From NCBI GenBank assembly GCA_035353335.1, contig DAOPZJ010000002.1, positions 4,703 to 68,702 on the forward strand: a stretch of 64,000 nucleotides of DNA. The letters run 5' to 3'. The notes below the pieces were generated by a model, which was not told the origin of the DNA, searched no databases, and saw only the letters and a list, made by a program, of their open reading frames with translations. How positions within the stretch are numbered: the first letter of the stretch is position 1; each line of letters opens with the position of its first letter. Shown piece by piece: positions 54,922-63,645 of this stretch. The DNA comes from Oscillospiraceae bacterium (lineage in GTDB: Bacteria; Bacillota; Clostridia; Oscillospirales; JAKOTC01). The position numbers and the translations under genes are program-made.

Positions 54922-55069
54922 ATAACGAAGGGGGAGATGCCCACATCCCGCCGCATATGAAGACAATATTGTAATTCGTTTATATAATTTAATTCTTCTA
55001 TGGAATTAAATTTGACGCACGGCGGAATAATGAGGGCGTTCTCTCAGGACGTCCCGCCCCATAATAAAC

Positions 55070-55096
55070 AAAAGGCCCCTTTTCGGAGCCTTTTTT
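55070..55096. terminator. Bidirectional terminator
   Basis: AAAAGGCCCC-TTTTC-GGAGCCTTTTTT (one mismatch) between convergent gatD-like and ABC permease genes. Confidence 0.65.
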
Positions 55097-55106
55097 ATAT
55101 GCGCAA

Positions 55107-55961
55107 CTATCTTTTCTTTCTTGAGATATTCCAAAGTGCCAAACCGTAAAACAAGACAGCGCTTCCGATTAAAATCAGAATGCTTGTCGTCACCGAAACC
55201 GCAGCGTCGCCGAACTTGAATGTCACGCCCATCATCTGTTTAAATCCTTCGATCGTCTCCGCAGGCGCACCGTCAAATGTGGCAGCCAACGGCGCTTCCA
55301 TCATCGCCTGCCGGAATAACGCGGCCGCATGCGAAGGTGGGAAGCATTTGATCACCCACTGAACGCCTTCTGGCAACTGTCCGATCGGCAGATAAATGCC
55401 TGTCAAAAAGCCGATCATGGTTCCGATCACGGTGCTTGCGGTGCCGAAAGCGTTATTGCTCTTAAAAAACGAGACGAGCAGCAGCACCATTGACGCATTG
55501 GTCGTCGTGGAAAGCACCACCAGCCCGAGCACTTTAAAAAGCGCCGTAAACCCCATGAATTCGCCGCCGCTCAGGATGATGTATACCTCAGCCAGCACTA
55601 CGGTGACCAGGCTCATGATGATGCCGATGACGATGGAACTGAAAATATATCCGCCGACAATCTTGCTGCTTTTAATCGGCGAGACTGTGAAATCTTTGAT
55701 AATTTTTTTCGATTTATCATCAACCATTGTGCCGAACGCGCCCATCGTCGTTGTGACCGAGGTAACCGCGAGCAGGCCTGCCATGATCCAGGAATTCATT
55801 AAAAATTCCGCACCCGGGGCGTTATCCATACTTTTGACCCAGACGTCGCCCAAAAACAGCGCATACAGCCCGATGATGATGAACACGGCGAGCAGAGAAA
55901 AAAACACCGAAGCCCTGTCTTTGAAAAACACTTTAAGATTTCTGACGGTAAATCCGCTCAT
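55107..55961 (-). CDS. ABC-2 type transporter permease
   Basis: 284 aa with six TM segments. Overlaps the upstream ATPase gene by 4 nt. Confidence 0.85.
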   Translation of the reverse strand: MSGFTVRNLKVFFKDRASVFFSLLAVFIIIGLYALFLGDVWVKSMDNAPGAEFLMNSWIMAGLLAVTSVTTTMGAFGTMVDDKSKKIIKDFTVSPIKSSKIVGGYIFSSIVIGIIMSLVTVVLAEVYIILSGGEFMGFTALFKVLGLVVLSTTTNASMVLLLVSFFKSNNAFGTASTVIGTMIGFLTGIYLPIGQLPEGVQWVIKCFPPSHAAALFRQAMMEAPLAATFDGAPAETIEGFKQMMGVTFKFGDAAVSVTTSILILIGSAVLFYGLALWNISRKKR

Positions 55962-56887
55962 TGCCTGATCTCCTTTCCCGTGACGGCGATAAACGCGTCG
56001 TCCATCGTGCCCTTCAAAACTTCAAATCCCGAGATCATGTACCGGCAGGATTCGAGAATCGGCAGCGCGTCCATCGTAGCCGGGAGTTCTGCCTGGACGG
56101 TGTCAGCGGAAATTTTATAAGAAACACCCATCTCTTTGAGCTTTTCGGCGACCGCCTGCGTGTCCTTACAGGTCAAAACGAGCCGGTCTTTCGAATATTT
56201 TTCTTTCAGCTCGGCAGGGGTTCCCTTTGCCGAGATTTCGCCGTTGTCGATGATGATCACATAATCGGCTCCGGCGGCTTCCTCCATGTAATGTGTGGTC
56301 ATAAAAACGGTCATGCCGCTCTCTTTTTGTATCTTCGTGACCGTCTCCCAGACGCTTTTGCGGGTCTGCGGGTCAAGCCCCGTGGTCGGTTCATCCAGAA
56401 ACAGAATTTTCGGCGTGTTGATCAATGCCCGCGCGATGTCGCAGCGCCTGCGCTGCCCACCCGAGAGCTTGCCATAAGGCCGTTTAAGCAGTTCTGTGAC
56501 CCCGGTGATCTCGGCCGTGCGTTTGACCGCGGCAGAAAGCGCCTTGCCTTTGAGCCCGTATAAGCTGCCGCGGCATTTCAAATTCTCTTCAATCGTCAGC
56601 AGCTGGTCGAGCAGGCCGTCCTGAAACACCGCACCGATCTCGTTTCTGATGGTTCGGTCGTCTTTGCCGACTGTGCGGCCGTCGACGGTCACCGCGCCCT
56701 CGTCCTGTTTTAAAAACGTGCAGATAACGTCGATGGTGGTAGATTTTCCTGCGCCGTTCGGGCCGAGAAAAGCAAACAATTTGCCCTTTTCCACATAAAA
56801 ATCGATCCCTTTGACCGCATGCACCTCTCCGTATGACTTATGTAACCCCTTAACTTCGATAATCTTTTCCAATATTACGCCCCCCAT
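55958..56887 (-). CDS. ABC transporter ATP-binding protein
   Basis: Walker A GPNGAGKST, signature LSGGQRRR and Walker B ILFLDEPT. Start at ATG 56887, or TTG 56872. The upstream extension to 56923 runs through a REP-like hairpin and was rejected. Confidence 0.9.
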   Translation of the reverse strand: MGGVILEKIIEVKGLHKSYGEVHAVKGIDFYVEKGKLFAFLGPNGAGKSTTIDVICTFLKQDEGAVTVDGRTVGKDDRTIRNEIGAVFQDGLLDQLLTIEENLKCRGSLYGLKGKALSAAVKRTAEITGVTELLKRPYGKLSGGQRRRCDIARALINTPKILFLDEPTTGLDPQTRKSVWETVTKIQKESGMTVFMTTHYMEEAAGADYVIIIDNGEISAKGTPAELKEKYSKDRLVLTCKDTQAVAEKLKEMGVSYKISADTVQAELPATMDALPILESCRYMISGFEVLKGTMDDAFIAVTGKEIRQ

Positions 56888-57036
56888 TGTAGGGACGACC
56901 CCATGTGGTCGCCCGTCTTTCAAGATGCCTGATGTTTCGGTTTGAATTCCTAATTATGAACTTCCGGCGTCACGCACCGTGTTAAAAGAATACCAAATAA
57001 TTGGGTAGCACGCTATCAACACAGCTTTTAAATACC

Positions 57037-57086
57037 GCAACCGGCGGTTGCACTTTCTAATTCTAAACTCTTAATACTGAATTTTA
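57037..57086. repeat. GC hairpin plus heptamer tract (same family as 11301-11373)
   Basis: GCAACC-GGC-GGTTGC (57037-57051), then TTCTAAT TCTAAAC TCTTAAT ACTGAAT TTTAAT. An opposed arm TTTGAATTCCTAATTATGAA lies at 56941-56960. Confidence 0.35.
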
Positions 57087-58169
57087 ATATGTTCCGAGTT
57101 CAATTCCCTTTTTTATAAAATATTTATAGTTCTCCATATCGACGGTTTTCGGTACCGAATGGTCGGTGTGCAGCACATAGCCGTATTTGCCCTTGACAAT
57201 CGGGATTTTCTTTTCAAGTTCCGCGTCAATCTGGGCGCGGTCGTTAGAGCAGAGTGCCCGGGCGTCGATGCCGCCCATCAATGCGATCTTGTCGCCGTAG
57301 TTTTGATAAATGCGCAGTAAATCCATACCGGCTTTGACTTCCATCGCCTGCAATAAATTCATCCCCGCTTTAATCATACCCGGAATCAGCGGTTCGACAA
57401 ATCCGCAGGAATGCACCATCACCGGCAGTCCGATGGAGTGCGCATAGTCAAACGTATACACATGAGACGGATAAATGAATTGATCGTACATCGCCGGAGA
57501 CATAAACGGCGCACCCTTGTAGCCCATATCTTCGTAATACCAGATGCCGTCGGGTTTTCCCTCGCGTTCAAAAAGCATTTTTTGCAGTTCCACCGTCAGC
57601 CACGCAAAGGTCTTGCTCATATCCATAATCCATTCGGGGTCGTAGATCATCGCGGCAAGCATCTCTTCGTGCCCCGCGACCGGGTGCATGCACTCAAAGA
57701 CGTTGACGCCCGACCATACCAAAAACTTATTGTGTTCCGCGGCATATTGCTTATCCTTATGGTAGGCTTCAAAGTTAATGCGCTTTTCAAACAGCGACCG
57801 GTCAAGCAGAAGCGGTTTAATCTTTTCCTCCCATTTTTCCCGGCTGTCGATTTCGTAGCGCACATGCTCCGGGGTGGAGTCGTGTTTTTTATGGCGGCGC
57901 AGCACGGCCCAGTTGCCGTCGAGCTTGGTTACGGTATCCTCGTCTTCTTTTACAACGACCGGTTCAAAATCGACACGGGCGACCATTTTAAACGGCCAGC
58001 ATTCCAACAAATCGAAGTTGAATTCCTTGTTCATATCAGACCCGCAGCCCTGATTTTCCATCCATTCTTTTTGAGTGTCGCCCCAAAAATGCTCAAAAAG
58101 CCCGATCCGATCCACCGGCTGGTGATTTAAAATACGTGAAATGCGTTCTTTCCCTGTCAGTTCCGTCAT
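57084..58169 (-). CDS. Uroporphyrinogen decarboxylase (URO-D) family protein, MtaA/CmuA-like
   Basis: Start at ATG 58169 (MTELTGKERI), 7 nt after AAAGGATGG. URO-D-like N-terminus (PVDRIGLF) and C-terminal HSCG. Function uncertain. Confidence 0.75.
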   Translation of the reverse strand: MTELTGKERISRILNHQPVDRIGLFEHFWGDTQKEWMENQGCGSDMNKEFNFDLLECWPFKMVARVDFEPVVVKEDEDTVTKLDGNWAVLRRHKKHDSTPEHVRYEIDSREKWEEKIKPLLLDRSLFEKRINFEAYHKDKQYAAEHNKFLVWSGVNVFECMHPVAGHEEMLAAMIYDPEWIMDMSKTFAWLTVELQKMLFEREGKPDGIWYYEDMGYKGAPFMSPAMYDQFIYPSHVYTFDYAHSIGLPVMVHSCGFVEPLIPGMIKAGMNLLQAMEVKAGMDLLRIYQNYGDKIALMGGIDARALCSNDRAQIDAELEKKIPIVKGKYGYVLHTDHSVPKTVDMENYKYFIKKGIELGTY

Positions 58170-58373
58170 TACAATTCCATCCTTTCGCAAAGGCGATAAA
58201 TGTTATTAGATTTCGGTCGCAAATATTTTTAAACCCGATCTTTTACATGATACCATCTGTATATACCTCTGTCAAATGTATTATGGTAAAAAATAAAAGC
58301 GTTTTGCACAAGCAGAGCGCTTTACCTTAACATTGCTTTTTCCTGTTTATTAAAATCTTCTCGCCGCAGCGGT

Positions 58374-58404
58374 ACCTTACCTCTTCACTCTTCACTATTA
58401 CTTC
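58374..58404. repeat. Heptamer tract TCTTCAC/TCTTACT
   Basis: CCTTACC TCTTCAC TCTTCAC TATTACT TCTTACT, immediately 3' of mnmA. Preceded by CGCCGCAGCGG. Confidence 0.3.
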
Positions 58405-59397
58405 TTACTTCAAAATAACCCCTCCGCCGATGACCAGTTCGCCCTCATATACCACCGCGCTCTGCCCCGGCGCAACGGCTCTGGCGGGCTGCTCGAATAA
58501 TACCCTGTCCCCTTCAATCTTCGCTCCGACCGCTCTCGCCGCCGAACGGATCTTTACACCATATACTTTTTCGCCTTCCGGAATTCTGTGCCAAATGCAA
58601 TCCGATAAAACAGCGGTATCCGAATATTCATCCCCGCCCCACGCCAAAAAGACCCGGCGGGTTTCGTGTTCGATTCTTTTCACAAACACCGGTTTTCCGA
58701 ACGCGCCGACGCCCTTGCGCTGGCCGATCGTAAAATTGTAAATCCCCTCGTGCCTGCCGCATACATGGCCGTCCGGTGAGACCAAATCTCCCGGTAATAT
58801 CCCGAGCTTTTCACGCAAAAATGCGGCGTAATCGGCATCGGGCAGAAAACAATTCTCGCTGCTGTCGGGCGCGTCGTGGCAGTCCAGCCCGTTCTCTTTG
58901 GCGATTTTCCGCACTTCGCCCTTATCATGAACGTCTCCGAGCGGCATCAACAGGCGGTTTACGGCATCGTCTTCAAGCCGGTAAAGCATATAGCTCTGGT
59001 CACGTTTCTCGCAGACGGCTTTTCGAATCAATCCGTCTTGGGTTCGTGCGTAATGTCCGGTTGCGATGTATTGATATCCGTTTTGATCGGCACATGCGAG
59101 CAGCTGCCTGAATTTGATTGCCGGGTTGCAGCGCACGCAGGGATTCGGCGTACGCCCCTCTGCATATTCATTGATAAAATACGATATGATGGTCTCTCCG
59201 AATTCTTTTCGCGCGTCAACGGTGTATAACGGAATTCCGAGTTGTTTCGCGGCTTTTTCGGCTTTCTCAATGCCATTTTCGTGCTGTTTCGACATGATCA
59301 TATAGATCCCGCCGACTCTGTACCCCTTATTTTTCAGCATCAAAGCACAGACGCCGGAATCGACGCCGCCGGATAAGGCGACCAAAATGCTATTCAT
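58405..59397 (-). CDS. mnmA: tRNA 2-thiouridine(34) synthase
   Basis: Start at ATG 59397 (MNSILVALSGGVDSGV PP-loop), giving an 8-nt overlap with nifU. The ORF-track extension was rejected. Confidence 0.93.
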   Translation of the reverse strand: MNSILVALSGGVDSGVCALMLKNKGYRVGGIYMIMSKQHENGIEKAEKAAKQLGIPLYTVDARKEFGETIISYFINEYAEGRTPNPCVRCNPAIKFRQLLACADQNGYQYIATGHYARTQDGLIRKAVCEKRDQSYMLYRLEDDAVNRLLMPLGDVHDKGEVRKIAKENGLDCHDAPDSSENCFLPDADYAAFLREKLGILPGDLVSPDGHVCGRHEGIYNFTIGQRKGVGAFGKPVFVKRIEHETRRVFLAWGGDEYSDTAVLSDCIWHRIPEGEKVYGVKIRSAARAVGAKIEGDRVLFEQPARAVAPGQSAVVYEGELVIGGGVILK

Positions 59398-59812
59398 GGC
59401 ACCCTTCGCAGTCGATGATCCTGCCGACAATCGGTTCCGGATCGATGCCTTTCTTTCGGTAATAATCGGCAAGCGCCGTCTTGATGGCCTGCTCAGCCAG
59501 TACCGAGCAGTGAATCTTCGCAGGCGGCAATCCCTCCAGCGCTTCTACGACCGCTTTATTGGTCAGCTTGAGCGCGTCATCGATGGATTTTCCTTTGATC
59601 AACTCTGTCGCCATCGAACTCGTCGCAATCGCCGCGCCGCAGCCGAATGTCTTGAATTTGACGTCGGTGATGATGCCGTTGTCGATTTTTAAAAACATCT
59701 TCATGATGTCGCCGCAGCGGGCATTTCCGACTTCACCGACACCGTCGGCATTTTCAATCTCGCCGACATTGCGCGGATTCATAAAATGATCCATCACTTT
59801 TTGGGTATACAT
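59390..59812 (-). CDS. nifU: Fe-S cluster assembly scaffold (NifU/IscU type)
   Basis: 140 aa. NPRNVG, GNARCGD, FKTFGCGAAIA and KIHCSVLA motifs. Confidence 0.93.
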   Translation of the reverse strand: MYTQKVMDHFMNPRNVGEIENADGVGEVGNARCGDIMKMFLKIDNGIITDVKFKTFGCGAAIATSSMATELIKGKSIDDALKLTNKAVVEALEGLPPAKIHCSVLAEQAIKTALADYYRKKGIDPEPIVGRIIDCEGCHE

Positions 59813-59821
59813 ATAAACCTC

Positions 59822-60994
59822 CTAAATACGTCCGGCCCAAATCGGGCTCATTGCGCGCAGTTTCTGCACAATCGGCGGCACGGTTTTCAGGATATAATCC
59901 ACGTCCGCTTCGGTATTGTACCGTCCGAGTGACAGCCGCAGTGAACCGTGTGCGATCTCATGCGGCAATCCGATCGACAACAATACATGGCTCGGGTCGA
60001 GCGACCGGCTGGTGCAGGCCGACCCCGACGAGGCGCAGATACCGTTCATATCCATCCAAAGCAGCAGCGATTCGCCTTCGACGCCCTCAAACGAAATATT
60101 GGCGTTGCCCGGCGCCCGCTGCGTCCGGCTGCCGTTTAACCTTGTTGCCGGCAGCGCAAGCAGCCCATCGATCAGCTCGTCCCGAAGTTTGGCAATCCGT
60201 ATGCTTTCCTCGGGCAGATGTTCAACCGCTTCGGTGATCGCCGCGCCGAGTCCTACGATACCCGGGATATTCTCGGTTCCGGCGCGTTTACCGTTCTCCT
60301 GCTGCCCTCCGCTGATGAGCGACATGATCCGAACGCCTTTTTTGATATACAATGCGCCGACGCCTTTCGGGCCGTGAAACTTATGTGCCGACAATGACAG
60401 CATGTCCGCGCCGAGTGCCTTGACGTCAACCGGGATATGCCCGACCGCCTGTACCGCATCGGTATGAAATAATACGCCTTTTTGAGCGCATACAGCGGCA
60501 ATTTCCGAGATCGGATTGATCGTTCCGATTTCATTGTTGACTGCCATCACGGTGACCAGCGCGGTGTCCTCACGAATCGCCGCCGCAATCGCTTCGGGCG
60601 TGATAATGCCCTCGCTTGTCGGCTTGATGAGCGTCGGTTCAAATCCCTGCGCTTTAAGCGCCTCGAGTGTATTCAACACCGCGTGATGCTCGTATTCGGT
60701 CGAGACGATGTGTTTCTTGCCTGTCTTGGCCTTTTGAAACGCCGCGCCCTTGATCGCCCAGTTGTCACTCTCGGAGCCGCCGCCGGTGAAATAAATCTCA
60801 CTCGGATCGGCGTGAATCGCCTTTGCAACCTGTTCGCGGGCCGCGGTCAGCGCCTTTTCGCTCTCATACCCCAAGCTGTAAATCGACGACGCGTTGCCGT
60901 ATTTTTCACAAAAATACGGTTTCATCGCCTCAAAAACCGATTCCGACACACAGGACGTCGCCGCGTTGTCGGCATATACGATTGCTCTTTCCAT
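59822..60994 (-). CDS. nifS: Cysteine desulfurase
   Basis: Start at ATG 60994 ([14 protein letters not shown]). PLP lysine in [12 protein letters not shown] and active-site SSGSACTS. Confidence 0.93.
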   Translation of the reverse strand: MERAIVYADNAATSCVSESVFEAMKPYFCEKYGNASSIYSLGYESEKALTAAREQVAKAIHADPSEIYFTGGGSESDNWAIKGAAFQKAKTGKKHIVSTEYEHHAVLNTLEALKAQGFEPTLIKPTSEGIITPEAIAAAIREDTALVTVMAVNNEIGTINPISEIAAVCAQKGVLFHTDAVQAVGHIPVDVKALGADMLSLSAHKFHGPKGVGALYIKKGVRIMSLISGGQQENGKRAGTENIPGIVGLGAAITEAVEHLPEESIRIAKLRDELIDGLLALPATRLNGSRTQRAPGNANISFEGVEGESLLLWMDMNGICASSGSACTSRSLDPSHVLLSIGLPHEIAHGSLRLSLGRYNTEADVDYILKTVPPIVQKLRAMSPIWAGRI

Positions 60995-61012
60995 CTTTAT
61001 CGAGCATTCCTT

Positions 61013-61052
61013 TCCGAAAAACAGATGACGGCACGAAAAACGTACCGCCATC
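61013..61052 (-). terminator. Probable pfkA terminator
   Basis: Imperfect 12-bp stem GATGGCGGTACG / CGTGCCGTCATC (two mismatches), followed on the minus strand by TGTTTTTCGG. Confidence 0.5.
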
Positions 61053-61053
61053 T

Positions 61054-61082
61054 ATGATACACCGAATTCGTATGTTTTACAA
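61054..61082 (-). promoter_or_regulatory. Putative sigma-A promoter for nifS-nifU-mnmA
   Basis: Minus strand reads TTGTAA (61082-61077), 17-nt spacer, TATCAT (61059-61054). It abuts the pfkA terminator hairpin. Confidence 0.4.
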
Positions 61083-61108
61083 CATCGAAATCATTTAATT
61101 CAGAAAAC

Positions 61109-62089
61109 TCACAGCGAAATCCGCTTGTTGAGCTCATATAGTTCTTTGTCGAACGGTTTTGTCATTTTCAACGCTTCGGCGATATCAAAGTCGACGATTT
61201 GGCCGTTTTTTTGCACAACCACGCGGTTGCCGATGCCTTTGGCAAGCAGGTCGACTGCATGGACACCCATCATCGTGGCAATCACGCGATCTTTTGCCGA
61301 CGGCGAACCGCCGCGCTGGACATACCCGAGCACGGTCGCGCGGGTCACGACCCCGGTCGCGTTTTCGATGTCTTTGACCAGCTGCGCCACGCCGCCGGGA
61401 TAATCGATGCCTTCCGCAGCGATGATGATGAAGTGTTTTTTACCCGCCCGGCTCATCTTCTGCATCGGTTCGACGACGTCTTTTTGAAGGTCGATCGGAA
61501 TTTCGGGCACCAGGATTGCCATTGCGCCGCTTGCGACGCCCGCGTGCAGCGCAAGGTATCCGCAGTCGCGTCCCATGACCTCAATCAACGAACAGCGGTC
61601 ATGCGAGTGCGAGGTATCACGCACTTTGTCGACCGCGTCAATGATGGTGTTCAGCGCCGTATCGACTCCTATGGTATAGTCGGATGCGCTGATGTCGTTG
61701 TCAATGGTGCCGGGAATGCCGACACAAGGAATGCCCTTTAGGGACAACGCGCTCGCGCCGCGGAAACTCCCGTCTCCGCCGATGACGACGATGCCCTGGA
61801 GACCGAATTGCTTGCAGTTTCGGATGGCGCGTTCCAGACCCTCGGGGGTTTGGAATTCGGGGCTGCGGGCGGAATACAGAATTGTCCCGCCTCTGTGCAG
61901 GATCTCCGAAACGCTTCGGATCTCCATCTGCTGAAAATCGCCGTGAATCAGTCCCTCATAACCGCGGTTGATGCCAAAGACCTCCATGCCGCTGCTGATG
62001 GCGGAACGCACAACCGCGCGCACTGCGCAGTTCATGCCCGAAGCGTCTCCGCCGCTGGTCAATACGCCGATGGTTTTGATTTCGCTCAC
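61109..62089 (-). CDS. pfkA: ATP-dependent 6-phosphofructokinase
   Basis: Start at GTG 62089, 8 nt after GGAGG. GVLTSGGDASGMN and IGGDGSFRGA (the GGDGS form typical of ATP-PFK). Confidence 0.93.
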   Translation of the reverse strand: MSEIKTIGVLTSGGDASGMNCAVRAVVRSAISSGMEVFGINRGYEGLIHGDFQQMEIRSVSEILHRGGTILYSARSPEFQTPEGLERAIRNCKQFGLQGIVVIGGDGSFRGASALSLKGIPCVGIPGTIDNDISASDYTIGVDTALNTIIDAVDKVRDTSHSHDRCSLIEVMGRDCGYLALHAGVASGAMAILVPEIPIDLQKDVVEPMQKMSRAGKKHFIIIAAEGIDYPGGVAQLVKDIENATGVVTRATVLGYVQRGGSPSAKDRVIATMMGVHAVDLLAKGIGNRVVVQKNGQIVDFDIAEALKMTKPFDKELYELNKRISL

Positions 62090-62135
62090 AATAATCGCCT
62101 CCGTTTGGGTCTCTCGTATAAGGTTATTCCGGTTT

Positions 62136-63392
62136 TTATTTGACAAGCACTTTCTTCAGTTTCACAAACCGCGGCAAACTGTTCTCAAAAGGCAGTTTGG
62201 TCTGTCCCTGAACGAGCGGCAGCGCGTAGTCGATGAATTTTTTGTTCAGTCCGTCGCCGGTTTTGTTGATCCAGTCGAGCGGAATCTTTTTCTCGGCGTT
62301 GGCGACGACGGTCAGATCGAACAATTTGATCTTGCACTGATATTTGCCGTCTTTATACACCCGCTCGAAACCGACCATCTTGTCGGTCACGCCTTTGACG
62401 GCGTTTGTGACGGCGGCTTTACCCGCTTTGAACGCCTCGTCGATGTCGGTCTGGGAGGCGCAGTGCGCCGCGCAGCGCTGCAGAAGCGAAAGCTCGATGC
62501 CGCGTACCTTTGCGCCGGTGGCATTTTTCACGGTGTCCGCGAGGAAGGAAGCGAGGCCTCCGAGCTGCGCATGGCCGAAGCTGTCCTTTGTCTTGGTCAG
62601 GTCGGCGCCGTATTCGGAGATATATTTCCCGTCTTTGTCTTTAATACCCTCGGATACGACGACGAGGCATTTTTTTGTCTTCTCATAAATGGTCTTGACT
62701 TTAGCGACAAAGCTGTCCAGATCGAACGGCACTTCGGGCAGATAAATCAGATCGGGCCCGCAGCCCTTTTCGACGGCAAGCGCGGCGCTCGCGGTCAGCC
62801 AGCCGGCGTTACGGCCCATAGCTTCGACGATTGTGACCATTCCCGTGTCATAGACATGCGCGTCGTGGTAGACCTCCATGACCGAAGTGGCGATGTACTT
62901 GGCGGCGGAGCCGTAACCGGGACAGTGGTCGGTGCCGTCGAGGTCGTTGTCGATGGTCTTCGGAATACCCATCACGCGGCATTCGTAGCCGTTGGCAAGG
63001 CAGTATTTCGAAATTTTATTGCAGGTGTCCATCGAGTCGTTGCCGCCGTTATAGAAGAAATAGCGGACGTCGTACTTTTTGAACACTTCGAGAATGCGTT
63101 TATAATCGCTGTCGTCAACCGACGGGTCCTTGAGCTTATAGCGGCAGGAGCCGAGTGCCGACGAGGGCGTATATTTCATATATTCCAATTCTTTGGGATC
63201 CTCTTTGCCCATATCCATGAGCTTTCCGTCCAATACGCCTTTGATGCCGTTGCAGGCACCGTAGACCTTGGTGATGGCTTCGCTCTCGAGCGCGGTTTTG
63301 ATTGCGCCGTAAGCGCTTGCGTTGATCACGGAACTCGGACCGCCCGATTGACCGATAATACATGCTCCTTTTAATACTGACATCTGATTCAT
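62136..63392 (-). CDS. pfp: Pyrophosphate-dependent phosphofructokinase (diphosphate--fructose-6-phosphate 1-phosphotransferase), short type
   Basis: 418 aa. GQSGGPSSVINAS and NGGNDSMD (Asp in place of the ATP-PFK Gly), plus PKTIDND. ATG 63383 is an alternative start with better RBS spacing. Confidence 0.85.
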   Translation of the reverse strand: MNQMSVLKGACIIGQSGGPSSVINASAYGAIKTALESEAITKVYGACNGIKGVLDGKLMDMGKEDPKELEYMKYTPSSALGSCRYKLKDPSVDDSDYKRILEVFKKYDVRYFFYNGGNDSMDTCNKISKYCLANGYECRVMGIPKTIDNDLDGTDHCPGYGSAAKYIATSVMEVYHDAHVYDTGMVTIVEAMGRNAGWLTASAALAVEKGCGPDLIYLPEVPFDLDSFVAKVKTIYEKTKKCLVVVSEGIKDKDGKYISEYGADLTKTKDSFGHAQLGGLASFLADTVKNATGAKVRGIELSLLQRCAAHCASQTDIDEAFKAGKAAVTNAVKGVTDKMVGFERVYKDGKYQCKIKLFDLTVVANAEKKIPLDWINKTGDGLNKKFIDYALPLVQGQTKLPFENSLPRFVKLKKVLVK

Positions 63393-63432
63393 ACCCTTCG
63401 TTTATTGGTTTGTTATGTGAGAACATCCCTGC

Positions 63433-63487
63433 GTGAGAACAATTCTCACCGCATACCATTATACCACTTTCCAACTTTGTCGGTCAA
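63433..63487 (-). promoter_or_regulatory. pfp promoter (extended -10) with downstream palindromic operator candidate
   Basis: Minus strand reads TTGACC (63487-63482), 18-nt spacer, TGGTATAAT (-10 = 63463-63458). Then the palindrome GTGAGAA-NNN-TTCTCAC (63433-63449) and an extra direct half-site GTGAGAAC (63417-63424). Confidence 0.45.
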
Positions 63488-63488
63488 T

Positions 63489-63579
63489 AGGGATTCTGCC
63501 GCCAACCTTACCTCCCTTGTTAAAGGGAGGGGGACCACTAAAGCGCCGTTTAAGCGCTTTAGTGGTGGAGGGATTCATT
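63489..63579. repeat. Two perfect hairpins plus tail, related to the 7585-7754 cluster
   Basis: CCTCCCTT-GTTA-AAGGGAGG (63511-63530). CCACTAAAGCGC-CGTTTAA-GCGCTTTAGTGG (63535-63565). AGGGATTC direct repeat at 63489-63496 and 63569-63576. Tail TGGTGGAGGGATTCATT matches 7740-7754. Confidence 0.5.
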
Positions 63580-63604
63580 ACCGGCTGTAAAAGCCGAGTA
63601 AGCG

Positions 63605-63631
63605 AAAAAGAACGGCTTTCGCCGTTCTTTT
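63605..63631 (-). terminator. Terminator of the upstream (edge) gene
   Basis: AAGAACGGC / GCCGTTCTT stem. On the minus strand it is followed by TTTTTCGC. Confidence 0.7.
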
Positions 63632-63645
63632 CATCAGGTTATTCC

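Noticed and set aside
61013-61052. Attenuator in the nifS leader
   Set aside because: The candidate nifS promoter (-10 at 61059-61054) would start transcription inside the 5' arm of the hairpin. The structure is better explained as the pfkA terminator abutting the nifS promoter.
61968-63374. 468-aa plus-strand ORF opposite pfkA/pfp
   Set aside because: It is a shadow ORF antisense to two well-supported PFK genes, with no recognisable motifs.
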